From contig CAVQRZ010000001.1 of NCBI GenBank assembly GCA_963715335.1, positions 128,001 through 192,000 on the forward strand: DNA of 64,000 nt. The letters are read 5' to 3'. Source of the DNA: an uncultured delta proteobacterium. Its GTDB lineage: Bacteria; Desulfobacterota; Desulfuromonadia; Desulfuromonadales; BM103. Below, piece after piece: positions 1 through 10,600 of this stretch (position 1 is its first letter; each line of letters starts with the position of its first letter). Below the pieces are notes generated by a model that did no database searches, was not told where the DNA came from, and saw nothing but the letters and a program-made list of their open reading frames with translations. The translations under genes and the position numbers were made by a program.

Positions 1-135
1 ATCACAGCAGGTTCTTGAAGTCACAGAAATCCGGCAAAGGAGATGCCCTCCGCAAGGAGAAGGCACTTTTGCATACTTTTGTTGCCGGACAAAAGTATGG
101 CGTCGGGCGGGACGCGACCCGCCGGTTTTGCTTTT
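1..135. repeat. Intergenic palindromic (REP-like) repeat, copy 1, cut by the window edge
   Basis: 131/135 identical to 6836-6970; bases 45-125 also match 6430-6510 (79/81). Contains the hairpins catacttttgt..acaaaagtatg and ggcggg..cccgcc. Confidence 0.9.
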
Positions 136-378
136 GTCTTTAACTTCCAAAGTCTAATAAAAAGGGCAACGGGTTAACCCGCCTTTGCACTTGTGGGTTG
201 AATCAACGAGAGCTGAAAGCCACGCACTTAATAAATTTGTGTGCGGGGCTTTTTGCATGCACATAGCGTCTGTCCGAATGCCCCGCGCAAGACTAACCTC
301 TGTTCAAAATACACAAACAGGCTTATCATCCGTGGTGTTGTATACTTATGGGACATCCCGACATCAAGGAGAAGATTG

Positions 379-1884
379 ATGGACATCAAAATCCGCAAAA
401 CATCCCCGCTGCAAATAAAGACCCCATGCATGGTGATCGGTGTCTGCGAGAAGGATTTTGCAGCCCCCCTACTTAAAGAGCTTGATCAAAAGCTCGGCGG
501 CCTGCTTCGCAAGGCGCAGCGCAATGCTGAATTTTCCGCAAAGGTGGACGAGCAGATCCTCTTCCAGCCCGCCGGACACCTGCCGGCAGAGCGGGTTCTC
601 CTCATTGGCCTTGGTCGGTCAAAAGAGATCACAACCGAGAAGATCCGTCGTGCGGCTGGTCAGGCAATGCAAGTGGTCACAGAGAAAAAATTTGGTCAGA
701 TGGTCTTTGCCTTGCCGCCCGGGACCAGCGGAGATGATTATCCTGCACAGGTTCAGGCTGTAGCGGAGGGACTTCTTCTGGCCAGCTACCGTTACGACCG
801 GTTTCTCGGCGACAAAGCCAAAGGCTCACGCAAACTGCCTAAAACTGTAACCCTGGTAGCCGAAGCTGGTCATGACAAGCTAGGTTGCGAGGCCGCCGTT
901 GAAAAGGCGCAGAAACTCTGCCGGGCCGTGATCTTGGCCCGCGACCTGGTCAATGCGCCAGGGAATATAAAATCACCGGCCTTCCTCGCAGAACAGGCAC
1001 AGGCCGCAGCAGCTGAAAGCACATTGAAATGCAAGGTTCTCGGCCAGAAAGAATTGGTCAAGGAAGGGTGCGGCGCCCTGCTCGGCGTGGCCCAGGGTAG
1101 CGGGCGAGAGCCCCGGCTGATTATCCTGGAACACAATGGCGGCGGCAAGCATGAAGCGCCGGTCGCCCTGGTCGGCAAAGGCGTTACTTTTGATTCCGGC
1201 GGCATCTCGTTGAAATCGGCCGAGAAGATGGATGAGATGAAGATGGACATGGGCGGTGGCGCAGCGGTCATCGGCACCATGCTGGCGGCTTCACTGCTTG
1301 AATTACCGGTCAACCTGGTCGGCCTCATCCCCGCAGTGGAGAACATGCCCTCGGGAACGGCCTATCGACCGGGCGACATCCTGACCAGCCTCTCCGGTCA
1401 GACGATCGAGGTCCTCAATACCGATGCCGAAGGCCGCCTGATCCTCGCTGACGCCCTGACTTATGCTAAACGGTATGAACCAAAGCTGGTTATTGACCTG
1501 GCGACCTTGACCGGTGCCTGCATTATTGCCTTGGGACATCAAGCCACGGCCGTCCTGGGCAACGACCAGGAGCTTGTCCAATCGCTGCTGAGCGCCGGGG
1601 AGAAGAGCGGGGAGCGCCTATGGCAACTGCCGCTCTGGGAAGAGTATGACTCGCTGATCAAAAGCAGCGTTGCCGACGTCAAAAACACCGGTGGCCGGCC
1701 GGCCGGCACGATCACTGCGGCAGCCTTCTTAAAGAAGTTCGCAAAGGATTTCCGCTGGGCCCACCTGGACATCGCCGGCACAGCCTGGCGCGACCAGGAT
1801 CAGCCCTACACACCGAAAGGCGGGACCGGAGTCGGCGTGCGACTGCTGATTGAATTTCTACACGATCTGCCTGCCGCAGAATGA
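379..1884 (+). CDS. pepA: Leucyl aminopeptidase (M17)
   Basis: Motifs VGKGVTFDSGG, MKMDMGG, NTDAEGRL and ATLTG; ATG at 379 follows an AGGAG RBS. Confidence 0.95.
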   Translation: MDIKIRKTSPLQIKTPCMVIGVCEKDFAAPLLKELDQKLGGLLRKAQRNAEFSAKVDEQILFQPAGHLPAERVLLIGLGRSKEITTEKIRRAAGQAMQVVTEKKFGQMVFALPPGTSGDDYPAQVQAVAEGLLLASYRYDRFLGDKAKGSRKLPKTVTLVAEAGHDKLGCEAAVEKAQKLCRAVILARDLVNAPGNIKSPAFLAEQAQAAAAESTLKCKVLGQKELVKEGCGALLGVAQGSGREPRLIILEHNGGGKHEAPVALVGKGVTFDSGGISLKSAEKMDEMKMDMGGGAAVIGTMLAASLLELPVNLVGLIPAVENMPSGTAYRPGDILTSLSGQTIEVLNTDAEGRLILADALTYAKRYEPKLVIDLATLTGACIIALGHQATAVLGNDQELVQSLLSAGEKSGERLWQLPLWEEYDSLIKSSVADVKNTGGRPAGTITAAAFLKKFAKDFRWAHLDIAGTAWRDQDQPYTPKGGTGVGVRLLIEFLHDLPAAE

Positions 1885-1920
1885 CCACGCTTCAACGACC
1901 TGGCATGCCGGTCTTTCGCC

Positions 1921-1949
1921 TTGACAGGTGAAAAGCCGGTTGCTAGGTT
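1921..1949 (+). promoter_or_regulatory. Putative sigma70 promoter for serA-hisZ-purA
   Basis: TTGACA at 1921-1926, 17 bp spacer, then TGc-TAGGTT extended -10 with the hexamer at 1944-1949. Confidence 0.55.
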
Positions 1950-2010
1950 ACTGTGTTCGGGTATAAGTATTTGCAGTGGCACAGCAATCTATTCTTTGAC
2001 GGGTTCCATC

Positions 2011-3594
2011 ATGAAGGTACTGGTTTCTGACAAATTCCCCACTGAGGGGCTCCAGGTGCTGGAACAGGCTGTAGGTATTGAGCTGGATTACCAGCCGGGG
2101 CTGTCTACCGAGCAGTTGCTGCAGGCGGTGGTCGATGCGGATGCACTGATTGTCCGCAGCGGCACCCTGGTCACCGAAGAGGTATTCCAGGCGGCCACGC
2201 GCCTCAAGGTCGTCGGTCGCGCCGGTGTCGGCACCAGCAACCTCGACCTTGATTCGGCGAACCGCAAGGGCGTCGTCATAATGCACACCCCCTTCGGCAG
2301 CACAACCACGACGGCCGAGCATACTATAGCGATGATTTTCTCCCTGGCCAGGCAGATACCGAGAGCCAGCCAATCGACCAAAAGCGGTCACTGGGATTCG
2401 GCGAATTTTCTGGGCATAGAAGTCGCCGGCAAGACCCTCGGAGTCATCGGCGCAGGCAAAATTGGCCGACTGGTCGTTGAACGGGCCCTCGCCTTGAAAA
2501 TGAAGCCGATTGTCTACGACCCCTACCTGACCGAAGACACCTTGCGCCTGCTGGGAGCCGAACAGGTTGAGTTTGACGAGTTGCTGAGCCGCTCCGACTT
2601 CCTGACCCTGCACACACCACGCAACGCAGAAACCGCCAATATCCTGAACAAGGAAACCCTGGCGAAAGCCAAGCCTGGATGCCATATCATCAACTGTGCA
2701 ACGGGCGGACTCATCGATGAATATGCCCTGGCTGAAGCGATCCGCGGGGGACACATAGCGGGGGCGGCGATTGATGTCTTTGATAAAGAGCCCCCGGCTC
2801 AAGACAACCCGCTCCTCGGGCTTGATCAGGTCATCTGCACTCCTCACCTGCGCACTGCCACTCGGGACGCCCAGGTGAACGTAACGGTACAGATTGCCAG
2901 CCAGGTTGTGGAGTTTCTGCAGCGTGGCATTATCGTTAATGCGGTAAACGTCCCGTCGATCAGCGCGGACCTGCTGGCCACGCTGAGACCGCATCTGGAA
3001 CTGGCCGAACGCCTTGGTTCATTCCAGGCCCAGCTCTATGGCAAAGGCCTCGAAGAGGTTCGCCTGGAGTATGCCGGGACCGTCACCAACAACCCGACGG
3101 AGCCATTAACCATGGCCGCGCTAAAAGGCCTTCTGGAGCGGATGATCGGCCCCGAGGCCAACTATATCAACGCCCCTCACCTGGCCAGGGAGCGCCGTAT
3201 CCGGGTCACGGAAACCCGCAGCCAATCGAGCCGCGGGTTCTCCAGCATGATCCGCCTGACCGTTGTCGGTACGGATGGAGAACATGCTGTATGCGGTGCG
3301 ATGTTCGGCGAAGGGGATTACCGCATTGTCCGCGTGAACGGCTGCAATGTTGAAGCAATTCCCAAAGGCTATCTCCTGGTGTTGTTCAACGAGGACCGCC
3401 CCGGCATCATCGGCTTTATCGGACAAGTGCTTGGCGAAGCGGAAATCAACATTGCCGGCATGAACCTGACTCGACAATCAACCGACGGCAAGGCGGTCTC
3501 CCTGATCAATGTTGACAGTTGCATTCCTAGCGAAACTCTGGAAAAATTGCGTGCCCACCCGCACATCGTGGCGGCAAACCAAATCGTATTATAG
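2011..3594 (+). CDS. serA: D-3-phosphoglycerate dehydrogenase-like protein (type I, ASB+ACT domains) with an atypical active site
   Basis: GRAGVG, GAGKIG, YDPY, DVFDKEP, TPH and a C-terminal ACT domain (DRPG..NIAGM). NxARG is replaced by NCATG. Confidence 0.8.
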   Translation: MKVLVSDKFPTEGLQVLEQAVGIELDYQPGLSTEQLLQAVVDADALIVRSGTLVTEEVFQAATRLKVVGRAGVGTSNLDLDSANRKGVVIMHTPFGSTTTTAEHTIAMIFSLARQIPRASQSTKSGHWDSANFLGIEVAGKTLGVIGAGKIGRLVVERALALKMKPIVYDPYLTEDTLRLLGAEQVEFDELLSRSDFLTLHTPRNAETANILNKETLAKAKPGCHIINCATGGLIDEYALAEAIRGGHIAGAAIDVFDKEPPAQDNPLLGLDQVICTPHLRTATRDAQVNVTVQIASQVVEFLQRGIIVNAVNVPSISADLLATLRPHLELAERLGSFQAQLYGKGLEEVRLEYAGTVTNNPTEPLTMAALKGLLERMIGPEANYINAPHLARERRIRVTETRSQSSRGFSSMIRLTVVGTDGEHAVCGAMFGEGDYRIVRVNGCNVEAIPKGYLLVLFNEDRPGIIGFIGQVLGEAEINIAGMNLTRQSTDGKAVSLINVDSCIPSETLEKLRAHPHIVAANQIVL

Positions 3595-3606
3595 AAAGAC
3601 TCGATT

Positions 3607-4884
3607 GTGTCGAACATCATAGAAACACGCCTGCCTACCGGTGTAAGAGATTTTTTGCCGGTTAAGGCCGCCAAGCTTGACTATCTGCAAAACACCCTGC
3701 GCAGCATCTACCGTTCCTGGGGCTTTCGCCCTGTTGCACCGGCCATTCTCGAGGATCTCTCGGTCCTCGAGCTCGGGCTGGGGACCGATCTGCGGGAAAA
3801 GACCTTTCGTTTCGACGACCGTCAAACCGGTCGCCTGGTCGCTTTCCCACCCGACATGACTCCCCAGGTCGCGCGGATTGCCGCAACCCGCATGCGCGAC
3901 ATGCCGCTCCCTTTCCGCCTCTGCTATAACGGCTGCGTGCTGCGCCATACCGAGCAACAACTCGGCAAGGATCGGCAGATCTATCAGTCAGGGGTGGAAC
4001 TGATCGGCCTGAGTGGCCCCGAAGCCGATGCTGAAATGATCGCCATGGCGGTCAAATGTCTCCAGGCCGTCGGCGCGACCGAATTCACCATCGACATCGG
4101 CCAGGTTGAGTTTCTACGCGGAATCCTCGACGACCTGCCGCTTGATCCGGCACAATCCCGTGACGTCAGAACAACCATTGCCGCCAAGGACATCTCCGGT
4201 CTGCAGCAGAGACTCAAAGACCTGCCGTTGACCGACCAGCAGCGCGCCGAACTGGTTGCCCTGCCCAGACTTTACGGCGGCCGTGAGATCCTTGGCCAGG
4301 CTCGGCAGGTGATCACCAATCCCGCCTCACAGCAGGCTTTGGATAACCTGGAAAGAATTCTGGAAGTCCTTACGGTTTACGGCGTTGAGGAACACATCAC
4401 TTTAGACCTTGGTGAAATGCGTGGTTTCGATTACCATAGTGGGCTGATATTCCAGGGCTTCATGTCCGGCTTCGGCAGGGCGGTCTGCGCCGGCGGTCGT
4501 TACGACGGCCTGACCGAACGATACGGCTTTGCAGCTCCGGCTACCGGTTTTGCCTTTAACCTGTACAACCTGCTCTTCGCCCTCGACAACATTCTCGACG
4601 AGCGAGCCGAAGAGGGGACCGACATCCTGCTCTTCTCAGCGGGACAGGACAAAGCCCCGGCCCAGCGCCTGGCCGCGGCTCTGCGTGAACAGGGGTATTC
4701 GGTGGCTCGTGACATTATCGGGCGCGACCAGGCGGCCAGTCTTGACTACGCCCGGCGCATGCACTACCGCTACCTGCTGGTCATTGATTCAGCAGAACCA
4801 GAAATGATCCTGATCCGCACTGCGGACGGCGAAAATACTTGCGTGACACGCGCAGCGATCGAATCCGGGCAATTCCGGATTTAG
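3607..4884 (+). CDS. hisZ: ATP phosphoribosyltransferase regulatory subunit
   Basis: HisRS-like fold (PTGVRD, PDMTPQVAR, QSGVELIG, GGRYD) lying immediately upstream of purA. Confidence 0.9.
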   Translation: MSNIIETRLPTGVRDFLPVKAAKLDYLQNTLRSIYRSWGFRPVAPAILEDLSVLELGLGTDLREKTFRFDDRQTGRLVAFPPDMTPQVARIAATRMRDMPLPFRLCYNGCVLRHTEQQLGKDRQIYQSGVELIGLSGPEADAEMIAMAVKCLQAVGATEFTIDIGQVEFLRGILDDLPLDPAQSRDVRTTIAAKDISGLQQRLKDLPLTDQQRAELVALPRLYGGREILGQARQVITNPASQQALDNLERILEVLTVYGVEEHITLDLGEMRGFDYHSGLIFQGFMSGFGRAVCAGGRYDGLTERYGFAAPATGFAFNLYNLLFALDNILDERAEEGTDILLFSAGQDKAPAQRLAAALREQGYSVARDIIGRDQAASLDYARRMHYRYLLVIDSAEPEMILIRTADGENTCVTRAAIESGQFRI

Positions 4885-6183
<1,299 letters not shown>

Positions 6184-6212
6184 TTGTTTGGTAAACAATG
6201 TTAGCTAGAGTC

Positions 6213-6247
6213 AAAGGGCATCAGATGGTTAATCTGTTGCCCTTTTT
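6213..6247 (+). terminator. Rho-independent terminator after purA
   Basis: agggca-tcagat/atctgt-tgccct hairpin followed by a T run. Confidence 0.7.
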
Positions 6248-6429
6248 CATTGTCTACTGGACTTCAAAGACAAAAGGGTTTTAAGTTCCATGCCTGCCGT
6301 TTGCAAGCGATCTCATCAGCAAGATCCTGCCAACCCATAATGACAGCAGTACGGCGAGGCCCCCTGTAACGGGCCGGCTCGTCTCCTCTGTTGTTCCCGA
6401 AAGCCATATCCCCTTCGCGAACGTCTATA

Positions 6430-6510
6430 GCCCTCCGCTAGGAGAAGGCACTTTTGCATACTTTTGTTGCCGGACAAAAGTATGGCGTCTGGCGGGACGC
6501 GACCCGCCGG
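6430..6510. repeat. REP-like repeat, copy 2 (core)
   Basis: 79/81 identical to 45-125. Confidence 0.9.
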
Positions 6511-6557
6511 TGTTGGTTTTCACTTTTCGAAATTTACAGACAAAATCAAAGCAGAAT

Positions 6558-6625
6558 CCGGGGGTCGCGCCCCCCGACTGCGCCTTACTCTTTTGCTGGC
6601 CCAAAAGAGTAAGCAGAAAAAGGCC
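6558..6625. repeat. Diverged copy of the same repeat family in the opposite orientation
   Basis: ccgggggtcgcgcccccc..cttactcttttg..caaaagagtaag has the same two-hairpin layout as the reverse complement of 6430-6510. Confidence 0.7.
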
Positions 6626-6835
6626 TGCGCTGCGCTGGGCATGTCTGGCTCGGCATGGCGGCAACCTCAATTCGATGGCTCTATTAACCGATAAATGTTT
6701 ACGCTTCCCCCGCAGGAGCCGAGGCTCTTGAGAGCCTCTCCTGCTGTGGAGGCTTGCGTCGGTAGAGATTGTTTTGGCTTTTCCCTGGTAAATCACACAG
6801 CAAGGTCAGGCCCTTTGACACAGGGCCGGATCCCC

Positions 6836-6970
6836 ATCACAGCAGGTTCTTGAAGTCACAGAGATCCGGCAGAGGAGATGCCCTCCGCAAGGAGAAGGCG
6901 TTTTTGCATACTTTTGTTGCCGGACAAAAGTATGGCGTCGGGCGGGACGCGACCCGCCGGTTTTGCTTTT
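6836..6970. repeat. REP-like repeat, copy 3
   Basis: 131/135 identical to 1-135. Confidence 0.9.
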
Positions 6971-7076
6971 AAGCCTTTCAAGAAAAAGAACAAGGGCAAC
7001 AGATTAACCATCTGTTGCCCTACCAAGCATCAAAACCTAACGGTACTAAACCACGGCGTAATTATTAACCACCTCT

Positions 7077-7517
7077 CTACTGCTGCATGAAATAACCAGC
7101 AACCTTCCATTCATCACCTTCGAGCATCACGGTCACATATTCCGATACTTGGTCCGCGTTCTGGAAAGCAGAGTCATAGATCAACATGAGATATTCACCT
7201 GGTGGGCTGTCTTTCGCTTCGGTGGAATAACTGGCACTTTTCCGGACCCGCTGAACCAACCCGCCGGAGAGGTTACGGGCCTCGCTGAGCTTTTCTACCC
7301 AGTCCTTTTCCGCAATCTTCCCCTGCATCAGGCTCGCCGAGGCGTGCCAGCTCTCGGTATATTTGCCCCCGTCAACCAAAGCCAGGAACTCAACGCTAAC
7401 AGTCTCGGCCCGCTCGATCTTCTCACTGTCCGGGCTCTGGTTGTAGAGTGGGATCAAAATCATGAAGAGGCAGGCGACAATCAGGACGGCGTGAATACGT
7501 AATTGCTTCGGCAACAA
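7077..7517 (-). CDS. DUF4019-like exported or membrane-anchored protein
   Basis: N-terminal TM segment, FLALVDGGKY..SW and PPGEY..W.VAGY pattern; GGAGG RBS. Confidence 0.7.
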   Translation of the reverse strand: MLPKQLRIHAVLIVACLFMILIPLYNQSPDSEKIERAETVSVEFLALVDGGKYTESWHASASLMQGKIAEKDWVEKLSEARNLSGGLVQRVRKSASYSTEAKDSPPGEYLMLIYDSAFQNADQVSEYVTVMLEGDEWKVAGYFMQQ

Positions 7518-7608
7518 GAGATCCTCCGGTAGATTTGAAATTTGTACTGTTTTTTACTATGGAAAAGACAGAAGGTCTAGACTTTTTAAAAACAGCCCTT
7601 CAAGTTCG

Positions 7609-10600
7609 TTACGCTTCCTGTCCGAGGCGACGGAAGGCTGCCAGCACATCGTTCTGGTTGAGAATGCCGACCAGCTTTTGCGGATCATCCGAATCGACCA
7701 CCGGGAAATAACTGACATTGCGATGCTGCTGCAGGATTTTCAGCGCCTCGCGCAAGGGTTGGTCCGGGTGCAGGCAATAGGATGCCGTTGTTGTCAGATC
7801 GCCGGCGACCACCAGCGGCACCAGGGTAGGTTCGAAGAGCAGGTTACGGATTTCCGTGTAATCGATAACCCCGACGAACCGGTTTTGGTCGTCAATCACC
7901 GGGAACCGGTCATAGCGGCTATGGGCAATATGCTTGAGCAATGCGTAGTAGGGTGTGCTATGCAAAACCGTCTCGACATTCTGGCGCATGATGTGCCGCA
8001 CCAGGATATCGCCGGGGTCCTTGAGCTGGTGGCCGATAGGGACCCCCAGGGCGCTGCGGAAATGATGGACGACATTGTGCAGGCCTTCCAGGGCTCCCAC
8101 CGGGGATTTCTTCTGCAGCAGCGCCAAAATCGGCACTTCGCCGGAGCGCACCAGCCCGTGCCTGACGGCAAGCGGGCCGACCAGTTCAAAAACGACTACC
8201 GCCCCGAGCACGATCGTTTCCAGCAACTTACCGCCCGTTGGCCAATGAAGCGCGAGTTGACTGGCCAGACCGATGGCGACGCCCGCCTGAGCCATCAGGG
8301 TCAGGCCGATGTAGGTCTTCTCGGTTTCGCCGAAAGCCCCGAGTTGGGCGCCGATGGCAGCCCCAAGCCACTTACCGAGGGTGCGCGCAAAGACGTATGC
8401 AATGCCAAGCAGCCCGATGTGAGCCAGGGATTCGATATGCAGGTTGGCGCCTGCCAGGACGAAAAAGATGACGTAGAGGAGGTAATCAACCTGGCGGATA
8501 TCCTGCTGCAGACGATGCCAGCGCGAGCAGCTGTTAGCAAGGACCATCCCGAGGACCAGGCTGGCCAGCAGAGGGTCGATCCCCAGACCCCGGCAAATAG
8601 CCACGGTGACGGCAATCCCGCCCAGCATGAGAATCTTGTTCTCGCTCGGCAGTTCGAGACGCTGGGCCCACACCGACATGAAAAAGCCAATAATCGCGCC
8701 GACCACGACTGGACCGGCCATGCGCATCATCAGTATCGCAAGCCCTTCGTCAGGGAAGATGAAAATGTGGGCGATTACTGCGAAGCCGAGGACCGACACC
8801 AGGTTGTTGAATCCGACCAGAGTCAGAACAAGATTGGTCACCGGTCCTTCCGCTTCGTACTCGCGGATGACCATCAGGGTGGCCGCAGGGGCTGTGGCCA
8901 CGGCAATGATCCCCAAAAACATGGCGAATGCCAGCGAGGTCTGCCAGAGGGTCAGGCCCGGGAGGACTTTCTGCTGGATCGCCAGGTTGACCCCCAGCGT
9001 GGAGATCGCTACCAGGATAAAAGTCAACAGCATCTCACTGCCGGAAAAGAGCAGGACCCGATGCCGCCAGCGATCAAGATGACGAATTTCGAACAATCCG
9101 CCGATATGCATCAGAATCAGGGCCAGGGCCAGGTCGGAGACCAGACGGAGCTCGCCGAGGACCTCCACGGGGAGGAAGGTCGGCAGGTTGACCAGCCCGG
9201 CAAGGGACGGGCCGAGCAACAGGCCGACCACCAGGTAGCCGGTGACTCTCGGGATATGGCAGAGAGAGGCCAGCCTGCCACCCAGCAGGGCGCCTATGAA
9301 AATCGCGGCAAGCGCGATCAGGATGTGGAACAAAGAAGACTCCATAACTGTATGCCAGACCTGCCCGCACCGCGCTTTTGCCCGAGTCGTCTCCGCACCC
9401 TGCGGAGCAGAGAAACAATCGGAGCCGGGGCTCGTCACGTGTCGCCGGCGTAAAGCTCCTCTAAAGAGGCTAAGCCCTTTCTTCTCGCCTATCACCAGAA
9501 GACGGTCTCCCTCCTTGAGGATGGCGCTGCCGTCCGGGACGAAGGACTGGTCGCCGCGCGTCAGCATGGCCACCAGACAGCCCTTGGGGATCGGCAGATC
9601 TTGCAGAGCCTGCCCGACCAGGCTGGCCGTGGGATGCTCGGCGCGGAGGTTGAGGATCAGGAAATGATCATCATGGAGCAGGCTCTGCCGCAGGCCTTGT
9701 TCGTCATCGGCCTGATGCCACTCCGTGAAGAAGCTTTCTTCGTCGATACGCTCCGCGATCCTTGCCAGAATTCGCAGGTGCTGGGTCGGGTTGTGGTCCG
9801 GGCTGACGAGGAAGAAAAGTGCGTAAACGACCTCGACACCCTCTTCCTGGTAGTTCAGCGGATTGTAGATCGAGATTCGTACCCCCTGCTTCGCCCTGAC
9901 CAGGATCATCTCGGCGTGCGCGATCTTGTCTGAACGGAAATGAGGGAGGGCCACCCCGCGGGTCACCGGAGTCGCCCCGATCTTGTTGCCATCCATGACC
10001 TGCTTGCAGATATCTTCTTCGGTCATAGGGATAATGGTGCACAACTTCGCCGCAACCTGCGCCACCACCTCTTTGAATTGACAGGGAGCATCGATTTCAA
10101 CAACCCGGCTGCGCATAACGATCTCATCAAAGGGGTCCTCCTCGCGCAGCCCCTTCTCCCGCAAGATCCCCCGCAGCTCGCTGTCCAGGTCGACATGCTT
10201 GTGACGGCCAAGACGCTCGAATACGTGGTAGATCGCTCCAGCCCGGACCACGCGGTGGCGACCGTAGTAGAGGTACCATCCACTCGAGGCCAAAATCAGC
10301 CCCGCGGAAAAGAGCATCGGCACGACCCCCATCTCGAAGATCAGGAAAAGCGGCAAGACAATTCCGGCCAGCTGCATCCATGGGTAAAACGGGGAACGGT
10401 AGCCCGGGTCGTAAGATTGAATCTGGCTCTCGCGCATGACGATCACCGCTACGCAGACCAGGGCGAACATCAGCAGCTGAAAGGAGCTGGCGAGCTTGGC
10501 GATGCCAACCGGATCGAACAGGACGATGGTGAGGATGATGGCGGTCAAGGTCAATGAAATGGCATGGAAGGGGGTACCGAACCGGCTCAGGCTGCGGAAC

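Noticed and set aside
6425..7090. Short ORFs of 67-123 aa in the purA downstream region
   Set aside because: They are translations of the palindromic repeats and have no RBS or protein motif.
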